Assembly: GCF_004010195.1 (NCBI RefSeq)
Contig: NC_057719.1
Span: forward strand, 78,666,666-78,730,665
From: Chiloscyllium plagiosum
Lineage: Eukaryota
DNA: 64,000 nucleotides
Direction: 5' to 3'
Part shown: one piece after another, positions 48,053 to 61,622 of the stretch
How positions within the stretch are numbered: the stretch's first letter is position 1
Layout: each line of letters opens with the position of its first letter
Translations under genes and position numbers: made by a program
Notes under the pieces: generated by a model
Told to the model about the DNA's origin: nothing
Seen by the model: only the letters and a program-made list of their open reading frames with translations
Databases searched by the model: none

Positions 48053-50915
48053 AACTGAGAAATAAGAAAGGGATGATCACCTTATTGGGAATGTATTATA
48101 GACCTCCTAATTTCAGAGGGAAATTGAGAAACAAACTTGTAAGGAGATCTCAGCTACTTGGAAGAATAATAGGGTGGTTATGGTAGGGGATTTTAACTTT
48201 CCAAACAAAGACCCCACGGTGTAAAGGGTTTAGATGGAGAGGAATTTGTTAAGTGTGTACATTTTCTGATTCAGTATGTGAATACACCTACTAGAGATGG
48301 TGCAAAACTTGACCTACTCTTGGGAAATAAGGCAGGGCAGGTGATTGAGGTATCAGTAGGGGAGCACTTTGGAACCAGCAACCATAATTCTATTGGATTT
48401 AAAATAATGATAGAAAAGGATAGACCAGATCTAAAAGTTGAAGTTCTAAATTGGAGAAAGGCCAATTTTGATGGTATTAGGCAAAAACTTTCAAAAGCTG
48501 ATTGGGGGCAGATGTTCACAGGTAAAGGGATGGCTAGAAAATGGGAAGCCTTCAGAAATGAGATAACAAGAATCCAGAGAAAGTATATTCCTGTTAGGGT
48601 GAAAGGAAAGGCTGGTAGGTATAGGGAATGCTGGATGACTAAAGAAATTGAGGATTTGGTTAAGAAAAAGAAGGAAACATATGTCAGGTGTAGACAGGAT
48701 AGATCAAGTGAATCCTTAGAAGAGTATAAAGGAAGTAGGAGTATACTTAAGTAGGAGTATACTTAAGAGGGAATTCAGAAGGGCAAAAAGGGGACATGAG
48801 ATAGCTTTGGCAAATAGAGTTAAGGAGAATCCAAAGGGTTTTTACAAATACATTAAGGACAAAAGGGTAACTAGGGAGAGAATAGGGCACCTCAAAGATC
48901 AGCAAGGCAGCCTTTGTGTGGAGCCGCAGAAAATAGGGGTGATAGTAAATGAGTATTTTGCATCGTTATTTACTGTGGAAAAGGTTATGGAAGATATAAA
49001 CTGTAGGGAAATAGATGGTGACATCTTGAAAAATGTCCATATTACAAAGGAGTAAGTGCTGGTTGTCTTGAAACACATAAAGGTGTATAAATCCCCAGGA
49101 CCTGATCAGGTGTACCCTAGAATTCTGTGGGAAGCTAGAGAAGTGATTGCTGAGCCTCTTGCTGAGATATTTGTATCATCAGTAGTCACAGGTGAGGTGC
49201 CGGAAGACTGGAGGTTGGCTAACGTGGTGCCACTGTTTACGAAAGGTGGTAAGGACAAGCCAGGAAACTATAAACCAGTGAGCCTGATGTCGGTGGTGGG
49301 CAAGCTGTTTCAGGGAATCCCTTTGTGCATGGGAAATCATGTCTCACAAACTTGATAGAGTTTTTTAAAGAATTAACAAAGAGGATTGATGAGGGCCGAG
49401 CAGTAGACATGATCTATATGGACTTCAGTAAGGCGTCCAAAAAGGTTCCCCATAAGAGACTGGTTAGCAAGGTTAGATCTCATGGAATACAGGGAGAACT
49501 AGCCATTTGGATACAGAATTGGCTCAAACGTTGAAGACAGAGGGTGGTGGTGGAGGTTTGTTTTTCAGATAGGAGGCCTGTGACCAGTGGAGTACCACAA
49601 GGATCGGCGCCTGGGTCCTCTAGTTTTTGTCATTTATGATTAGATTAGATTACTTACAGTGTGGAAACAGGCCCTTCGGCCCAACAAGTCCACACCGACC
49701 CGCCGAAGCATAAACCACCCAGACCCATTCTCCTATATTTACCCCTTCATCTAACACTACGGGCAATTTAGCATGGCCAATTCACCTAACCTGCACATTT
49801 TTTGGATTGTGGGAGGAAACGGGAGCACCCGGAGGAAACCCACGCAGACATGGGGAGAATGTGCAAACTCCACACAGAGAGTCACCTGAGGCAGGAATTG
49901 AACCCGGGGCTCTGGCGCTGTGAGGCAGCAGTGCTAACCACTGTGCCGCCGTGCCGCCCACAATAAATGATTTGGATGCGAGCATAAGAGATATGGGTCG
50001 TAAGTATGCAGATGACACCAAATTTGGAGGTATAGTGGACAGCAAAAAAGTTTCCCTCAGATTACCATAGGATCTTGATCAGATGGGCCAATGGGCTGAG
50101 AAGTGGCAAATGGAGTTTAATTCAGATAATTGCGAGGTGCTGCATTTTGGGAAAGCAAACCTTAGCAGGACTTGTACACTTAATGGTAAGGTCCTTGGGA
50201 GTGTTGCTGAACAGGGAGACCTTGGAATGCAGGTTCATAACTCCTTGAAAGTGGAGTCACAGGTAGATAGGATAGTGAAGAAGGCGTTTGGTATGCTTTC
50301 TTTTATTGTCAGAGCATTGAGTACAGGAGTTGGGAGGTCATGTTGCGGCTGTATAGGTCATTGATTAGACCATTGTTGGAATATTGCATGCAATTCTAGT
50401 CTCCTTCCTATCGGAAAGATATTGTGAAACTTGAAAGGGTTCAGAAAAGATTTACAAGGATGTTGCCAGGGTTGGAGTATTTGAGCTATAAGGAGAGGTT
50501 GAATAGGCTGGGGCTCTTTTCCCTGGAGTGTCAGAGGCTGAGGGGTGACCTCATAGAGGTTTACAAAATTATGAGAGGCATGGATAGGATAAATAGACAA
50601 AGTCTTTTCTCTGGAGTCGGGGAGTTCAGAAGTAGAGGGCATAGGTTTAGGGTGAGAGGGGAAAAATAGAAAAAAGATCTAAGGTGCAACTTTTTCATGC
50701 AGAAGGTGGTGTGTGTATGGAATGAGCTGCCAGTGGTGGAGGCTGGTACAATTGCAACATTTAAGAAGCATTTGGATGGGTATATGAATAGGAAGGGTTT
50801 GGAGGGATATGGGCTGGGTGCTGGCAGGTGGGACTAGATTGGGTTGGGATATCTGGGTCGGGTTGGACTGTAGGGTCTGTTTCCATGCTGTACATTTCTA
50901 TGACTCTATGACTCT
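48053..50915 (+). mobile_element. Long CR1 ORF2 pseudogene (APE endonuclease, RT, 3'UTR)
   Basis: YYRPPN, PTRDGAKLDLLL, SNHNSI, KSPGPDQVYPRIL, VPEDWRLANVVPLF, SCLTNLIEFF, YMDFSKA, KYADDTK (~50001), WQMEFN, RLRGDLIEVYKI; stops, deletions and a 16-bp tandem duplication at 48735-48766. Confidence 0.95.
49638..49960 (-). mobile_element. HE1/V-SINE-type SINE inserted in the CR1 RT
   Basis: Full SINE splitting the F(V)IY|INDL motif. Confidence 0.92.
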
Positions 50916-51042
50916 AATAGGTAAGGATGGCAGATTGCCTTCCCTAAAGCACATTAGTAAACCAGATGGGCTTTTCCTGACAATTGGCAATGGCTTCATG
51001 ACATTGTTGGACTCTTCTTTCCAGATTATTTTTGAATTAAAA

Positions 51043-51378
51043 GGGGAGATGGCCTAGTGGTATTATTGCTGAACTGTGAATCTGGAGATCCAGATAATGT
51101 TCTGTGGGCATGGGTTCGAATAATACCATGGCAAATGGTGGGATTTGAATTCAATAAATGTCTGGAATTACGAATCTAATGATGAATCCATTGGCGATTG
51201 TCAGAAAACCCCATCTGGTTCACTAATGTCCTTTAGGGGAAGGAACGGCCATCCTTATCTGGTCTGGCCTACATGTGACTCCAGACCCACAGCAATGTGG
51301 TTGACTCTACTGCCCTCTGGACAATTAGGGAGGCCGTCGCCTGGCTAGCAATGCCCTCATCCCTTGAATGAATTAAAA
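51043..51378 (+). mobile_element. tRNA-derived SINE inserted into an opposite-strand copy of its own family
   Basis: Head gatggcctagtggtattat, core aaaaccccatctggttcactaatgtcctttaggg; candidate TSD tgaattaaaa at 51033-51042 and 51369-51378. Confidence 0.75.
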
Positions 51379-51509
51379 AACAAACAAATTCCACCATCTG
51401 CCATGGCAAGATTCTAACCCAGGTCCTCAGATCATTATCTGGGTTTCAGGATTAATAATCTAGAGTTAACAGCACCAAACTATCACCTAGCCTTAATAAT
51501 GCAGGGTGT

Positions 51510-52359
51510 ATGGTGTGTATATATTTTAATATTGCTGACTTTTGATTTTGGATTTTTGAATTTTGAACCAATGGATTTTCTTTGTGTCTGTGGAAGTTTA
51601 ATAATTAACTTGAAGGTATTTATATAGGCATAATGATTTATTTCAAAACAGTCAGTTTTCAGGAATCAATGGGTTTTTGTTCAGTGTTTACAAGTGAACA
51701 AAGTACTGAGGTTTCCTGATGGAAGATGCTGGATTTTTGTTTAAACTTAGGGGGAAATGTCCCTAGCTTGGAGAGAAACCCTTCAGTTTTAGTGGGCTGG
51801 TCTACAGGGCGCTTTATTGACGATGGATGGATAAAGCAGTTGCTTCTGAGAAAGAGCGAAGATAATTTTTTTAAAATGTAGATTATCTCGGAGGAAGGAG
51901 TTCAGGAGTTCCAGGACAGAAGTGTTTATGTAAAATCCTGAGGGGATTATTTGAAGTTAAGCAAGTTTAGATTCAGGTGTATGAAAGCTCCTGGAAGAGG
52001 CTATCAGATTCTCCAGTCACATTTAAATTTAGTCCACACAGGTGATAGAGCAGAAAATTCTATCTTGTATAAATATTGTAAGGGAGTGATGTTGGGATCT
52101 GTAAAGAAGTGTCTTGGAGAATTAATGGGATTATACGTTTACCATGTATATGGAAATCCTTAGATGTTATGTTATGTGTAAGTAGTTCAGTTTATTCTGT
52201 TTATCTTCTTTTAGTGAAATAAACTTCCGTTTATTGTTAAAACCAAATCTGCAATTTGTTTTATGTTTCGGGGGAAACCACTTCTTTAAAACCAATAGAA
52301 AGAAAATATGGTCTGTCAAGCTAGATTTCTGTTAGGATCTGACTTGTCCAGTCGTAACA
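51510..52359 (+). mobile_element. Possible solo LTR
   Basis: AATAAA near 52218 and an LTR-like end ...gtcgtaaca at 52359; left boundary and TSD not established. Confidence 0.3.
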
Positions 52360-52494
52360 TCAGTTGGGGTATTTATAGGACATGGTCAGGATGATGGCTT
52401 AATTATTAGATACTGTACCATACTTGAATAAGAACCTGAAAATTCACTGGGTGCTACGTAGGAAGCACAGCAGTTGTACAGTATATATGTACTG

Positions 52495-53510
52495 ATGCTA
52501 CTGGGGAGGGAATTCCAGGATTTTGACCCAAAGACAATGAAGGAACGGCGATGTAGGTGTGAAGTCAGGATGATGTGGAACTTTGAGAGGAACTTGCAGA
52601 TGGTGTGTCTACTGACTTTGTCCTTCTAAGAGATAGAGGTCACAAGTTTCAAAAGATGTTGTTGACTTCTTAAGTGCATCTTATAGAGGGTACACACTGC
52701 TTCCAGCATACGTCAATGGTAGAAGGAATGAATACTGAACATGGTAGACAGAGTTTCAATTAAGCATGATGCTTTGTCTTGGATATCAATCTTCTTAGTT
52801 ATTGTTGGAGCTGCACTCATCCAGGGAAGTGGGGAATTTCCTCTCACACTCCTCACTTGTACCATGTAAATGGAGGTGAAGCCTGGGGAATTCGGGAGGT
52901 ATCATAAAATTTCCGACTTTGACCTGCTGTTGTAGCCAGAGGCTGGTTATATACGGGGCTGGTTCAGTTCAGTTTCTGGTCAGTGGTAAACCCCTAGACA
53001 TTGATATGGGAGAATTCAGCCAAGGTGATGTTGGATATCAAGGGGAAATGGTTGGATTCTCTCTTTTTGGAGATAGTCGTGTGGCCTGTGTGGTATGAAT
53101 GGTACTAGTTACTTAGCAGCACAAACTGAAACGATGTTCAGGTCCACCTGAACATGAACTCAAACTGCTTCATTATCTGAGGAGTTGCAAAAGCTGCTGA
53201 ACATTGTGAAAGCATCAGGGACTGTCCCCACTCCTGAACCTGATGAGGAGAGAAGGTCATTGATGAAGCAGGTGAAGATGGTTGGACCTAGGAAACTGAG
53301 GAACTCCTATAGAGGTGTCCTGGAGCTGTGATGACTGACCTCCAACAATCACAACCTTTTTTCCATGCATAAGTTGTGAGTCTGACTGGCAGAGAGGGTT
53401 CCCTTGAGTCCTATTGACTGCATTTATTCTTGGATTCCTTGATGCCACACTCGCTCATATATTGCCCTGATATCCAGTCAATCGTTAACACCTCACCTTT
53501 TACTTTGAAC
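52495..53510 (-). mobile_element. Old L2/CR1-like LINE RT fragment
   Basis: Minus ORF includes KVVIVGGQSSQLQDTSIGVPQ (RT GVPQGS region); collinear with 1990-2730. Confidence 0.7.
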
Positions 53511-54125
53511 TGGGTGTGAATGCATTGGTCAGCTGTTTAGCTTTGATCAATTGGAGATGGGAGCTGGTTTGTTAATGGAGTAACATACCAGGAAAGAACG
53601 TGCCCCACTGATGTGTCAGCAGGAGAGCAGCCATGTGGGTATGGGAACCTTTCAAAAGGTACAGCAACAGAAGCCTGGAGGGTAAGCAATAAGGCCATTG
53701 GACAAGAGGGTGTGAATTCAGGGTGAGGGGATCAGATGAGAAAAGGAAAGGGAGGAAAGAGGGTGGGAATAAAGGAGGGGGGTGTGCAGGAGCAAAATAT
53801 TTACAAAATATTCAATACCAGATTTTATACTTGGGTTGTGTTCTTGAAAAAAAGGACAGTCTCAAGGACATCGGCTGATCAATAGTGACACTCAATGGCC
53901 ATAGCTTGCAACTGCATGCAGCCTCTACCATTAACTTTAAACTCCACAAATAACTTGCTGATGTTTTGACAATGTATTTATTGTGTCAGATACCCTGGCT
54001 CGATGATAAACATCAGAGTTCCACCAAGAATGAAGTCAGGTTGGATTAAACCTGGTATACTTATTTACTTGGAGGGAGATCAGTACAGAGGACCAAGGTG
54101 TCCTTGCCCATCAATCACAAAACAT

Positions 54126-54446
54126 TAGATTAGATTAGATTACTTACAGTGTGGAAACAGGCCCTTCGGCCCAACAAGTCCACACCGCCCCGCCGAAGCG
54201 CAACCCACCCATACCCCTACATCTATATCTACCCCTTAACTAACACTACGGGCAATTTAGCATGGCCAATTCACCTGACCTGCCCATCTTTAGGACTGTG
54301 GGAGGAAACCGGAGCACCCGGAGGAAACCCACGCAGACACGGGGAGAACATGCAAACTCCATACAGTCAGTCGCCTAGGCAGGAATTGAACCCGGGTCTC
54401 TGGCGCTGTGAGGCAGCAGTGCTAACCACTGTGCCACCGTGCTGCC
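54126..54446 (-). mobile_element. HE1/V-SINE-type SINE
   Basis: (agatt)n tail, core and head. Confidence 0.92.
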
Positions 54447-54469
54447 CCAAAGTGTGTAGGTTCTGTAAG

Positions 54470-55105
54470 TGATTGGGAATGTGAAGGGAATGTTGGCAGT
54501 TATTGAAAGGGGAAAGAAATAAGAAAATAAGGAAGTCTTACTGCAGAAGCACAGCATTTTGGAGAGACCACGTGGGAACATATGAATAGGCCAATCGGCC
54601 CCTCGAGCCTGTTCCACCATTCAGTGAGATTATGGCTCATCCATGGCCTAACTCCATAAACCTGCCTTTAGCCCATCTCCCTTCATACCTTTCCTAAACA
54701 AAAATGTATTTGTCAGATTCAGAATTAACAACTGATCCAGCATTTACTGCTGTGTGTGGAAGAGAGTTCCAAACATCCACCACTCTTTGTAGAAGTGCAT
54801 CTGAACATCTTTTCTAAGTGGTCTGCCCCTTAGTTCTGGAATCCCTAAGCAGTGGAAATAGTGTATCCTTATCTACCCTGTCTTTTTCTGTTAATATCTT
54901 GAAGACCTCAATCAGATTACCCCTTAACCTTCTAAATTTCAGAGAAAACAGGCTTAATTTGTATAATCTCTGCTCATAACTTAACCCCTGATATACAGAT
55001 ATTCATTCTTCAAAACTTATGTTGATCTCCCTTTAAGGCCAATCTGTCCTTTGTAAAGTGTTGTGTCCACTGCTCACAGTAATCCAAGCAGGGTCTAACC
55101 AGCTT
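54470..55105. mobile_element. Old CR1 C-terminal fragments (short + piece, then - piece)
   Basis: Degenerate CR1 ORF2 end and 3'UTR similar to 15300-15990. Confidence 0.6.
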
Positions 55106-55118
55106 GGATTAATTTATA

Positions 55119-55992
55119 TTAGAGTCATAGAGCCATAGAGATGTACAGCATGGAAACAGACCCTTCGGCTCAACTCGTTCATGCCGACCAGATGTCCCAA
55201 CCGAATCTAGTCCCGCCTGCCAGCACCTGGCCCATATCCCTCCAAACCTTCCTATTCAGCAATTGTACCAGCCTTCACCACATCCTCCACCACCCTGGCA
55301 GCTCATTCCATACACGTACCACCCTCTGCGTGAAAACGTTAAGTCTCTTTTATATCTTTCCCCTCTCACCCTAAACCTATGCCCTCTAGTTTTGGACTCC
55401 CAGTCCCCAGGGAATAGACTTTGCCGATTTATCCTATACATGCCAATCTTAATTTTGTAAACTTCTATAAGGTCACCCCTCAGCCTCCGACCCTCCAGGG
55501 AAAACAGCCCCAGCCTGTTCAGCCTCTCCCTGTAGCTCAAATCCTCCAACCCTGGCAACATCCTTGTAAATCTTTTCTGAACCATTTCAAGTTTCACAAC
55601 ATCTTTCCGTTAGAAAGGAGACCANNNNNNNNNNNNNNNNNNNNNNNNNNNNTATCTGAATTAAACTCCATCTGCCACTTCTCAGCCCATTGGCCCATCT
55701 GGTCCAGATCCTGTTGTAATTGGAGGTAACCCTCTTCGCTGTCCACTACACCTCCAATTTTGGTGTCATCTCCAAACTTACTAACTGTACCTCTTATGCT
55801 CGCATCCAAATCATTTATGTAAATGACAAAAAGTAATGGACCCAGCACCAATCTTGTGGCACTCCACTGGTCACAGGCCTCCTATCTGAAAAACAATCCT
55901 CCACCACCACCCTCTGTCTTCTACCTTTGAGCCAGTTCTGTATCCAAATGGCTAGTCCTCCCTGTATTCCATGAGATCTAACCTTGCTAATC
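55119..55992 (-). mobile_element. Young CR1 3' fragment with internal N gap (55625-55652)
   Basis: Minus ORFs WIQNWLKGRRQRVVV..SGVPQ, VLGPLLFVIYINDL..SKFGDDTK, RRLRGDLIEVYKI. Confidence 0.93.
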
Positions 55993-56159
55993 AAAATGTA
56001 TTGTAACCTCTGCACCCTTATAGTTCAGTCCTCTCGATTTAAAAGCCAGCATTCCATTATTTTCTGCATCTATTTGTTACATTTTAAAGATCTATGCACC
56101 TAAGCCCCCAAGTCTCTTTGGACATCCACTGTATTTAACTTCATGCCGTCTAGAAAGTA

Positions 56160-56297
56160 GGAGAAAGTGAGGACTGCAGATGCTAGAGGTCAGAGCCGAA
56201 AATGTGTTGCTGGAAAAGCGCAGCAGGTCAGGCAGCATTCAAGGAGCAGGAGAATCGACGTTTCGGGCATGAGCCTCTCTTCAGAAGAAGGGCTTAT
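56160..56297 (-). mobile_element. Family B terminal repeat with HHR motif and stub of the inverted copy
   Basis: Minus strand CTGAAGA-GAGGC-TCAT-GCCC-GAAACGTC (56253-56284), directly abutting + strand agaagaagggcttat. Confidence 0.75.
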
Positions 56298-56442
56298 CCT
56301 TTTTGCAGCCAAAAGGGATAATCTCACACTTGCTTATATTGAACTCCATCTGCCAACGTTTGGCTTGTTCACTTAGCCTGTCAATATCTCTCCATAATTT
56401 TGACATCTACACTGTCTATAATGCTGCCTACCTTTGTGTCAT

Positions 56443-56553
56443 GACTTGGAGCTGCCACTGTTGGACTGGGGTGCACAAAGTTAAAAATCACACAACACTA
56501 GGTTATTGTCCAACAGTGGACAATAGCCTGATATTGTGTGATTTTTTTAAAAA
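56443..56553. mobile_element. Minimal palindromic family A element lacking the HHR
   Basis: Arms fold around gtccaacagtggac; exact 10-bp TSD tttgtgtcat at 56433-56442 and 56554-56563. Confidence 0.75.
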
Positions 56554-56810
56554 TTTGTGTCATCAGCAAATTTGGATGGATGACTTTCTATGCCATTATC
56601 CAAGTCATTAATAAATAATGTGAAAAATATAGGCCCTAACACATCCATGTGGGGCACCATTGGTCACATCCTTGCCAATTTGAGAACTGACCCATCATCC
56701 CACTCAACCAATTTCCCAGTCATGTCAGTACTTTGCCCTCAATTCTGTTGACTTCTCCCTTCTTTATCAATCTCTTATATGGGACTTAATCAAATACCTT
56801 CTGGGTTTTG

Positions 56811-57154
56811 TAGCAGCACAGTGGCTCCGTGGTTAGCACCGCTGCCTAACAGCACTAGGTACCCAGGTTCGATTCCACCCTCAGGTGACTGTCTGTGTGG
56901 AGTTTGCGTATTCTCCTCACGTCTGCGCGGGTTTCCTCCGTGTGCTCCTCCCACAGTCCAAAGATATGTAGGTTACGTGGATTCGCCATGCCAAATTGCC
57001 CCATAGTGTCCAGGGATGTGTAGCTTAGATGGATTAGCCATGGAAAGTGCAGTTTAGAGAGCTTAGAATAGGTCTGGGTAGGATGCTCTTCGGAAGGTTG
57101 CTGTGGACTTGATGGGTTGAATGGCCTGCTTCAACAGTAGGGATTCTGTGATTC
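56811..57154 (+). mobile_element. Diverged HE1/V-SINE-type SINE
   Basis: Head, core and tail gtagggattctgtgattc. Confidence 0.8.
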
Positions 57155-59975
57155 CACCTCCACGTAAACAACATCCATAGACATTCTCCAATTCCTACCT
57201 TAGTTATCTCTTCAAAAACGTCAATGGTATTTGTCAGACATAACCTACCTGTCATGATCTGTGCTGGTCTTCCCTAATTAACAGAACATTTTTGAAGAGT
57301 TCAGTTACCCTCTCCTTGACTATGAGTCCAACAATTCCCCCACCACAAACGTTAAGCTAACCGGTCTGTAATTCCCTGGTTTCCACTTTTGTCCTTAAAG
57401 AATGGAGTGTCATGTGTAATTTTCCAATCCAGAGGGACAGCTCCTGGATCTAGGGAACTCTGAAAGATCATAATTAGGATGTCTATAGTGTACTGTCCTA
57501 CTTCCTTTAATGCTGCTGACAAAACTGCCAGGTTTGGAGCATTTGTCACTCCTTAGTTTCATTAATCTCTTTGTTCCCAACATTTTACTTTCATTAAATT
57601 TATTCAGTCCCTGTTCTCAATCCATTATTAATTTCCACAAGACTTCGGGCAAGTTAGCTTCCTATTCTACAGTAAATACTGAGGCAAAGTAATTATTCAC
57701 CATTTTCTCATGCTCTTTGACAATATCCCCACTTTCAGTCTTTACTGGGCTGTCAATACTCCTGACCAACTGCTTTCCCTTTCTGCAACTATAAAATTTC
57801 TTTCATAATCCCTTTTAGCCACTCTTATAAGCTGCTTTGTGGTCCTTTTTGCTGGTCTTTTAATCTTTCCCATTGCAGCAGGATCTATGAGTTTTTTTTT
57901 TGCATTTTCATAAGCTCCTTCTTTTAAGTTTGTGCTGTCACTTACCTCTTCTGGTTGTGTGCAACTATTTTTTCTGTGAAGTGGAATCTTTCCCTCTTAG
58001 GGGTATAAATTGGTTTTGTTCGTGTTAAATGTTTTTTCGAACCTCCTCTCCTGTTTTTTGTTGTTTTACCCATTAGTAGATTCTCCCAATTTTCAGTGGA
58101 CAGTCTCTGTCTTATCACATTAAAGTCAGTCTTGCCGAAATCTGAGACTCTGGGAACTGATTCGTGCGTTTTGTTTTCAAACACTACATTATGGTCACTC
58201 TTGGATAGATGGTCACACACAATTAGGTTCTTAATTAAATCCAGCTCATTACTCCTTACTAAATCCAATATTGCTTGTCCCCTTGTTGCATCCAGGACAT
58301 ATTGCTATAGGAAGCTACCCCAGACGCATTCCTGAAATTCCACTACCTTTCTGAGCGGTGATTGTCTATCTCTCCCAATCTATGATTAAGTTAAAATCCC
58401 CTATTAATACTACTCTGGCTTTGCTACAGAATAATTTCAGTATTTATACAATCTAGTGCTACAGAGTTGCTACCAGGGGGTCTGTACACAACACCTTGCA
58501 CAGTTTTAGATCCTTTACCTTTCCTCAGTTCCACCTGTACAGCCTTTGCTGGATGCTCTCCTCTCCCCGTCATTGAAGTAATTTTGTTTCTACTCCACCT
58601 CTTCTGCCATTTTCCCTCTCTGTCCTGGAAACTTCATAACCTAGTATATTTAGATCACAATCCCAACCTTTTTTGCAGCCACTGTTTCAGTAATGGCTAC
58701 CATCTGATAATCTCCAATTTGAATTCATGCCTGCAGCTCATTCATTTATTACTCATGCTTCCATATACGGAACTCCTATTTGGGCTGTACAATGCCAACT
58801 GACCCTCAGCACAGATGCTTTGTTCATCTGCTTATTTCCAGTTTAACCAACATGCTTCTCGTTTGATGATTACCTGCCATAGCTGAAGGAGGATTCACAT
58901 CTGTACAAAGTTTCAATACTTGTTTTAAGTCTCTGCAATAATGTGTACAGTTCCACCATCTTCCCTGCTAGGCTCCCCTTCCATTTATGTCCTTCTGCCT
59001 CACGCCTTTGTAGTCACCTTTACTTAATTGTAATAGCATGACATCTGATTCCAGCTTCTCCCTCTCAAAGTGCAGGGCGAATTCTATCATATTACCATCA
59101 CTGCCCCCTAGGGGTTCCTTCACCTTAAGCTCCCTAATCAAGTCTGCCTCATTACACATCATCAAATCCAGAATTGCCTGTTCCCTTGTGAGTTCTAGCA
59201 CAAGCTGCTCCAAAACAAAATCCGGTAGACATTCCGCAATTTCCTTTTCTTGAGATCTGCTTTCAATCTTATTTTCCCAGTTCAACTGCATATTGAAGTC
59301 CCCCATGTTTATTGTTATAGTGCTTTTCTTACGTGCCTTTTCTATCTCCTGATTTATTTACTGCCACACATCCTGACTACTGCTGGAGGTCTTATACATA
59401 ACTTCCATCAGAATCTTTTCTCCTTTTCAGTTCCTCACTTCTACCCACACAGATTCTATGCCTTCACACTCAATATCACTTCTTGTAATTAATTTAATTT
59501 TGCTTCTTACTAACGAGGCAAGTTTTCCCCCTCTGTCCATCTTCCTGTCCTTCCAATACAATGTGTATCTTTGGATATTCAGTTCCTGATCCCTTTGCAG
59601 CCACATCTCTGTGCTACCCATAACATTATACCCGCCAATTTTAATTTTGCACTCATTTACCTAGTTTCATATACTGTGTGTATTTAAATCCAACACCCTC
59701 AGTCCTTCCCACCCTTCTCACAGTTGTCTTGGCTGCACAGGAACCTAAGTTAGGTTCCTGACCCTTTCACACTGTTTGACCTATTACTCTGGAAACTTTA
59801 TTTACCTCTGCCTGTCCTCCCTGCCTCAACTTCTTCCATAACTTTCCTTTCAACTGGCACCCGCCCACACACACACACCCTCCATTATTTTGTTTAAAGC
59901 CCTGAACAGCTATAGTTCTGCGATTCGCCAAAATGTCGGTTCCAACATGATTCAGGTGGAATTCCCTTCTTCCCC

Positions 59976-61480
59976 AGAACATAGAACAGTGCAGCACAGG
60001 AACAGGCCCTCTTGCCCACCACGTCTCTGCTGAGCATGGTGCTGTAATCCGATTTGCCTGCACATGGTCCATATCCCTGTCGTCCCTGCCTGTTCAAGTG
60101 CCTGTTGAAATGCCTCCGAAACGTTGCTATCATATCTGCTGCTGCTGCCTCCCTGGCAGTACGTTCAGGTACCTGTTACCCTCTGTGCAAAAGGCTTGCC
60201 TTGCATATCTCCTTGAAACTTATCCCCTCTCATCTTAAGCCTATTATTTGACCCTAGTATTTGACATTTCCATGCTGGGAAAGAGACTCCTATTATCCAC
60301 CCTGTCTGTGCCTCTCCAACATTATATACCTCCTTCAAGATGCCTCTCAGCCTCCAATGCTACAGCAAAAACAATCCAAGTTTGTCCAATCTTTCCTTGT
60401 AGCTAATCCACTCCAATCCACATCATCCTGGTAAACCTCTTTTACACCATCTCCAAAGCCTCCACTTCCTTCCGATAGTGCAATGACCAGAAATGCGCAC
60501 AACACTCCAAATGTGGCCTGCCTAGAGTCTTATACAGCTGCAATATGACTTACCAACTTTTGTAGTCATGCCCCAAATGATAAAGACAGGCATGCCATAT
60601 GGCTTCTTTACCACCTTATCTACGTGTGTTGCCACATTAGGAAGCTATAGATCTGGACCCCACGCTCTCTCTGTTTATGAATGCTTCGAGGGATTCTGCC
60701 CTTTAGTGTTTATTTCCCTCTTGCATTTGACCTCCCAAAATGCATCACCTCAAGTCCTTAAACTTCATTCACTACTTTTCCCGCCAACTTTCTAGCTGAT
60801 CCATATCTTATATTTCAGAGAATCCCTTCAGTGAGGATTCAGGCCATTTGGCCCAACAAGTCCTCACCGATCTTCCAAAAACTAACTCACCCAGACCCAT
60901 TCCCCTACATTTACTCCTGACTAATGCACCCAATCTACATATTCTGAACATTATGGGGCAATTTAGCACAGCCAATTCACCTAACCTGCACATCTGTGCA
61001 CTGTGGGAGGAAACCGGAGCACCCAGAGGAAACCCACGCAGACACAGAGAGAACGTGCAGATTCTACACAGACAGTCGCCCGAGGCTGGAATCGAACTCA
61101 GACCCCTGGTGCTAAGAGGCTGCAGTACTCACCACTGAGCCACCGTGCCACCCATATTCTGCTGCATCCATCCATATCCTTCGTCACTATCAATGACTCC
61201 ACCAATTTTGTGTCATCTACAAACTTACTACTCAGGCTACTGACAATTGCATCCAAATTATTTACATATATTTACAAAATGGTGGGCCCAACAGTGACCC
61301 AGGGGAGCACCATGAGGAGTCAGAAAAACGCCCGTCAACAACTAACACAAGTAAATCCTTTCCATAAGAATCTTCTCCAATAGTTTCCCTACCACTGATG
61401 TAAGGCTCATCGCCCTATAATTTCCTGAATTCTGCCTTTTGCCCTACTTGAACCAAGGAACAACATTGGCTATTCTCCAA
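59976..61480 (-). mobile_element. Old CR1 3' fragment with nested HE1 SINE (60820-61152, -)
   Basis: (agaacat)n tail at 59976; degenerate ORF2 C-terminus; reverse complement of tttgtagatgacacaaaattgg (F[V]DDTKL) near 61202-61223. Confidence 0.75.
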
Positions 61481-61622
61481 CTGACCCCAGTCTCCACTCC
61501 GACTGACCCCCACCCCCATTCCGACTGAATCCCGTCACCCACTCCGACAGGCCCCCAGCCCCCATTCCGGCTACACCCCGCCCCCACTCCGACTGACCCC
61601 CACCGCCCACTCTGACAGCCCA
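61480..61622. repeat. C-rich minisatellite (~17-20-bp unit ccccactccgactga)
   Basis: About seven degenerate copies of cact/ttccgac. Confidence 0.75.

Larger units (their letters stand above)
47925..51490 (-). mobile_element. tRNA-derived SINE in three pieces (47925-48052, 50918-51040, 51386-51490)
   Basis: Pieces are collinear with the intact copy at 28495-28846. Confidence 0.75.
55995..59975 (-). mobile_element. Old fragmented CR1 ORF2 (endonuclease to RT), probably two elements
   Basis: Minus ORFs MGDFN..TREQAILDL..LGGSDGNMIEF, SKSDHNVV, VPLDWK, GRLCLTN; interrupted by family A/B elements and a SINE. Confidence 0.8.

Noticed and set aside
48053..50915. Active autonomous LINE
   Set aside because: Multiple stops, frameshifts, internal deletions, a SINE insertion and no ORF1.
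61480..61622. CRISPR-like array
   Set aside because: Degenerate tandem units without unique spacers, no cas genes, eukaryotic context.
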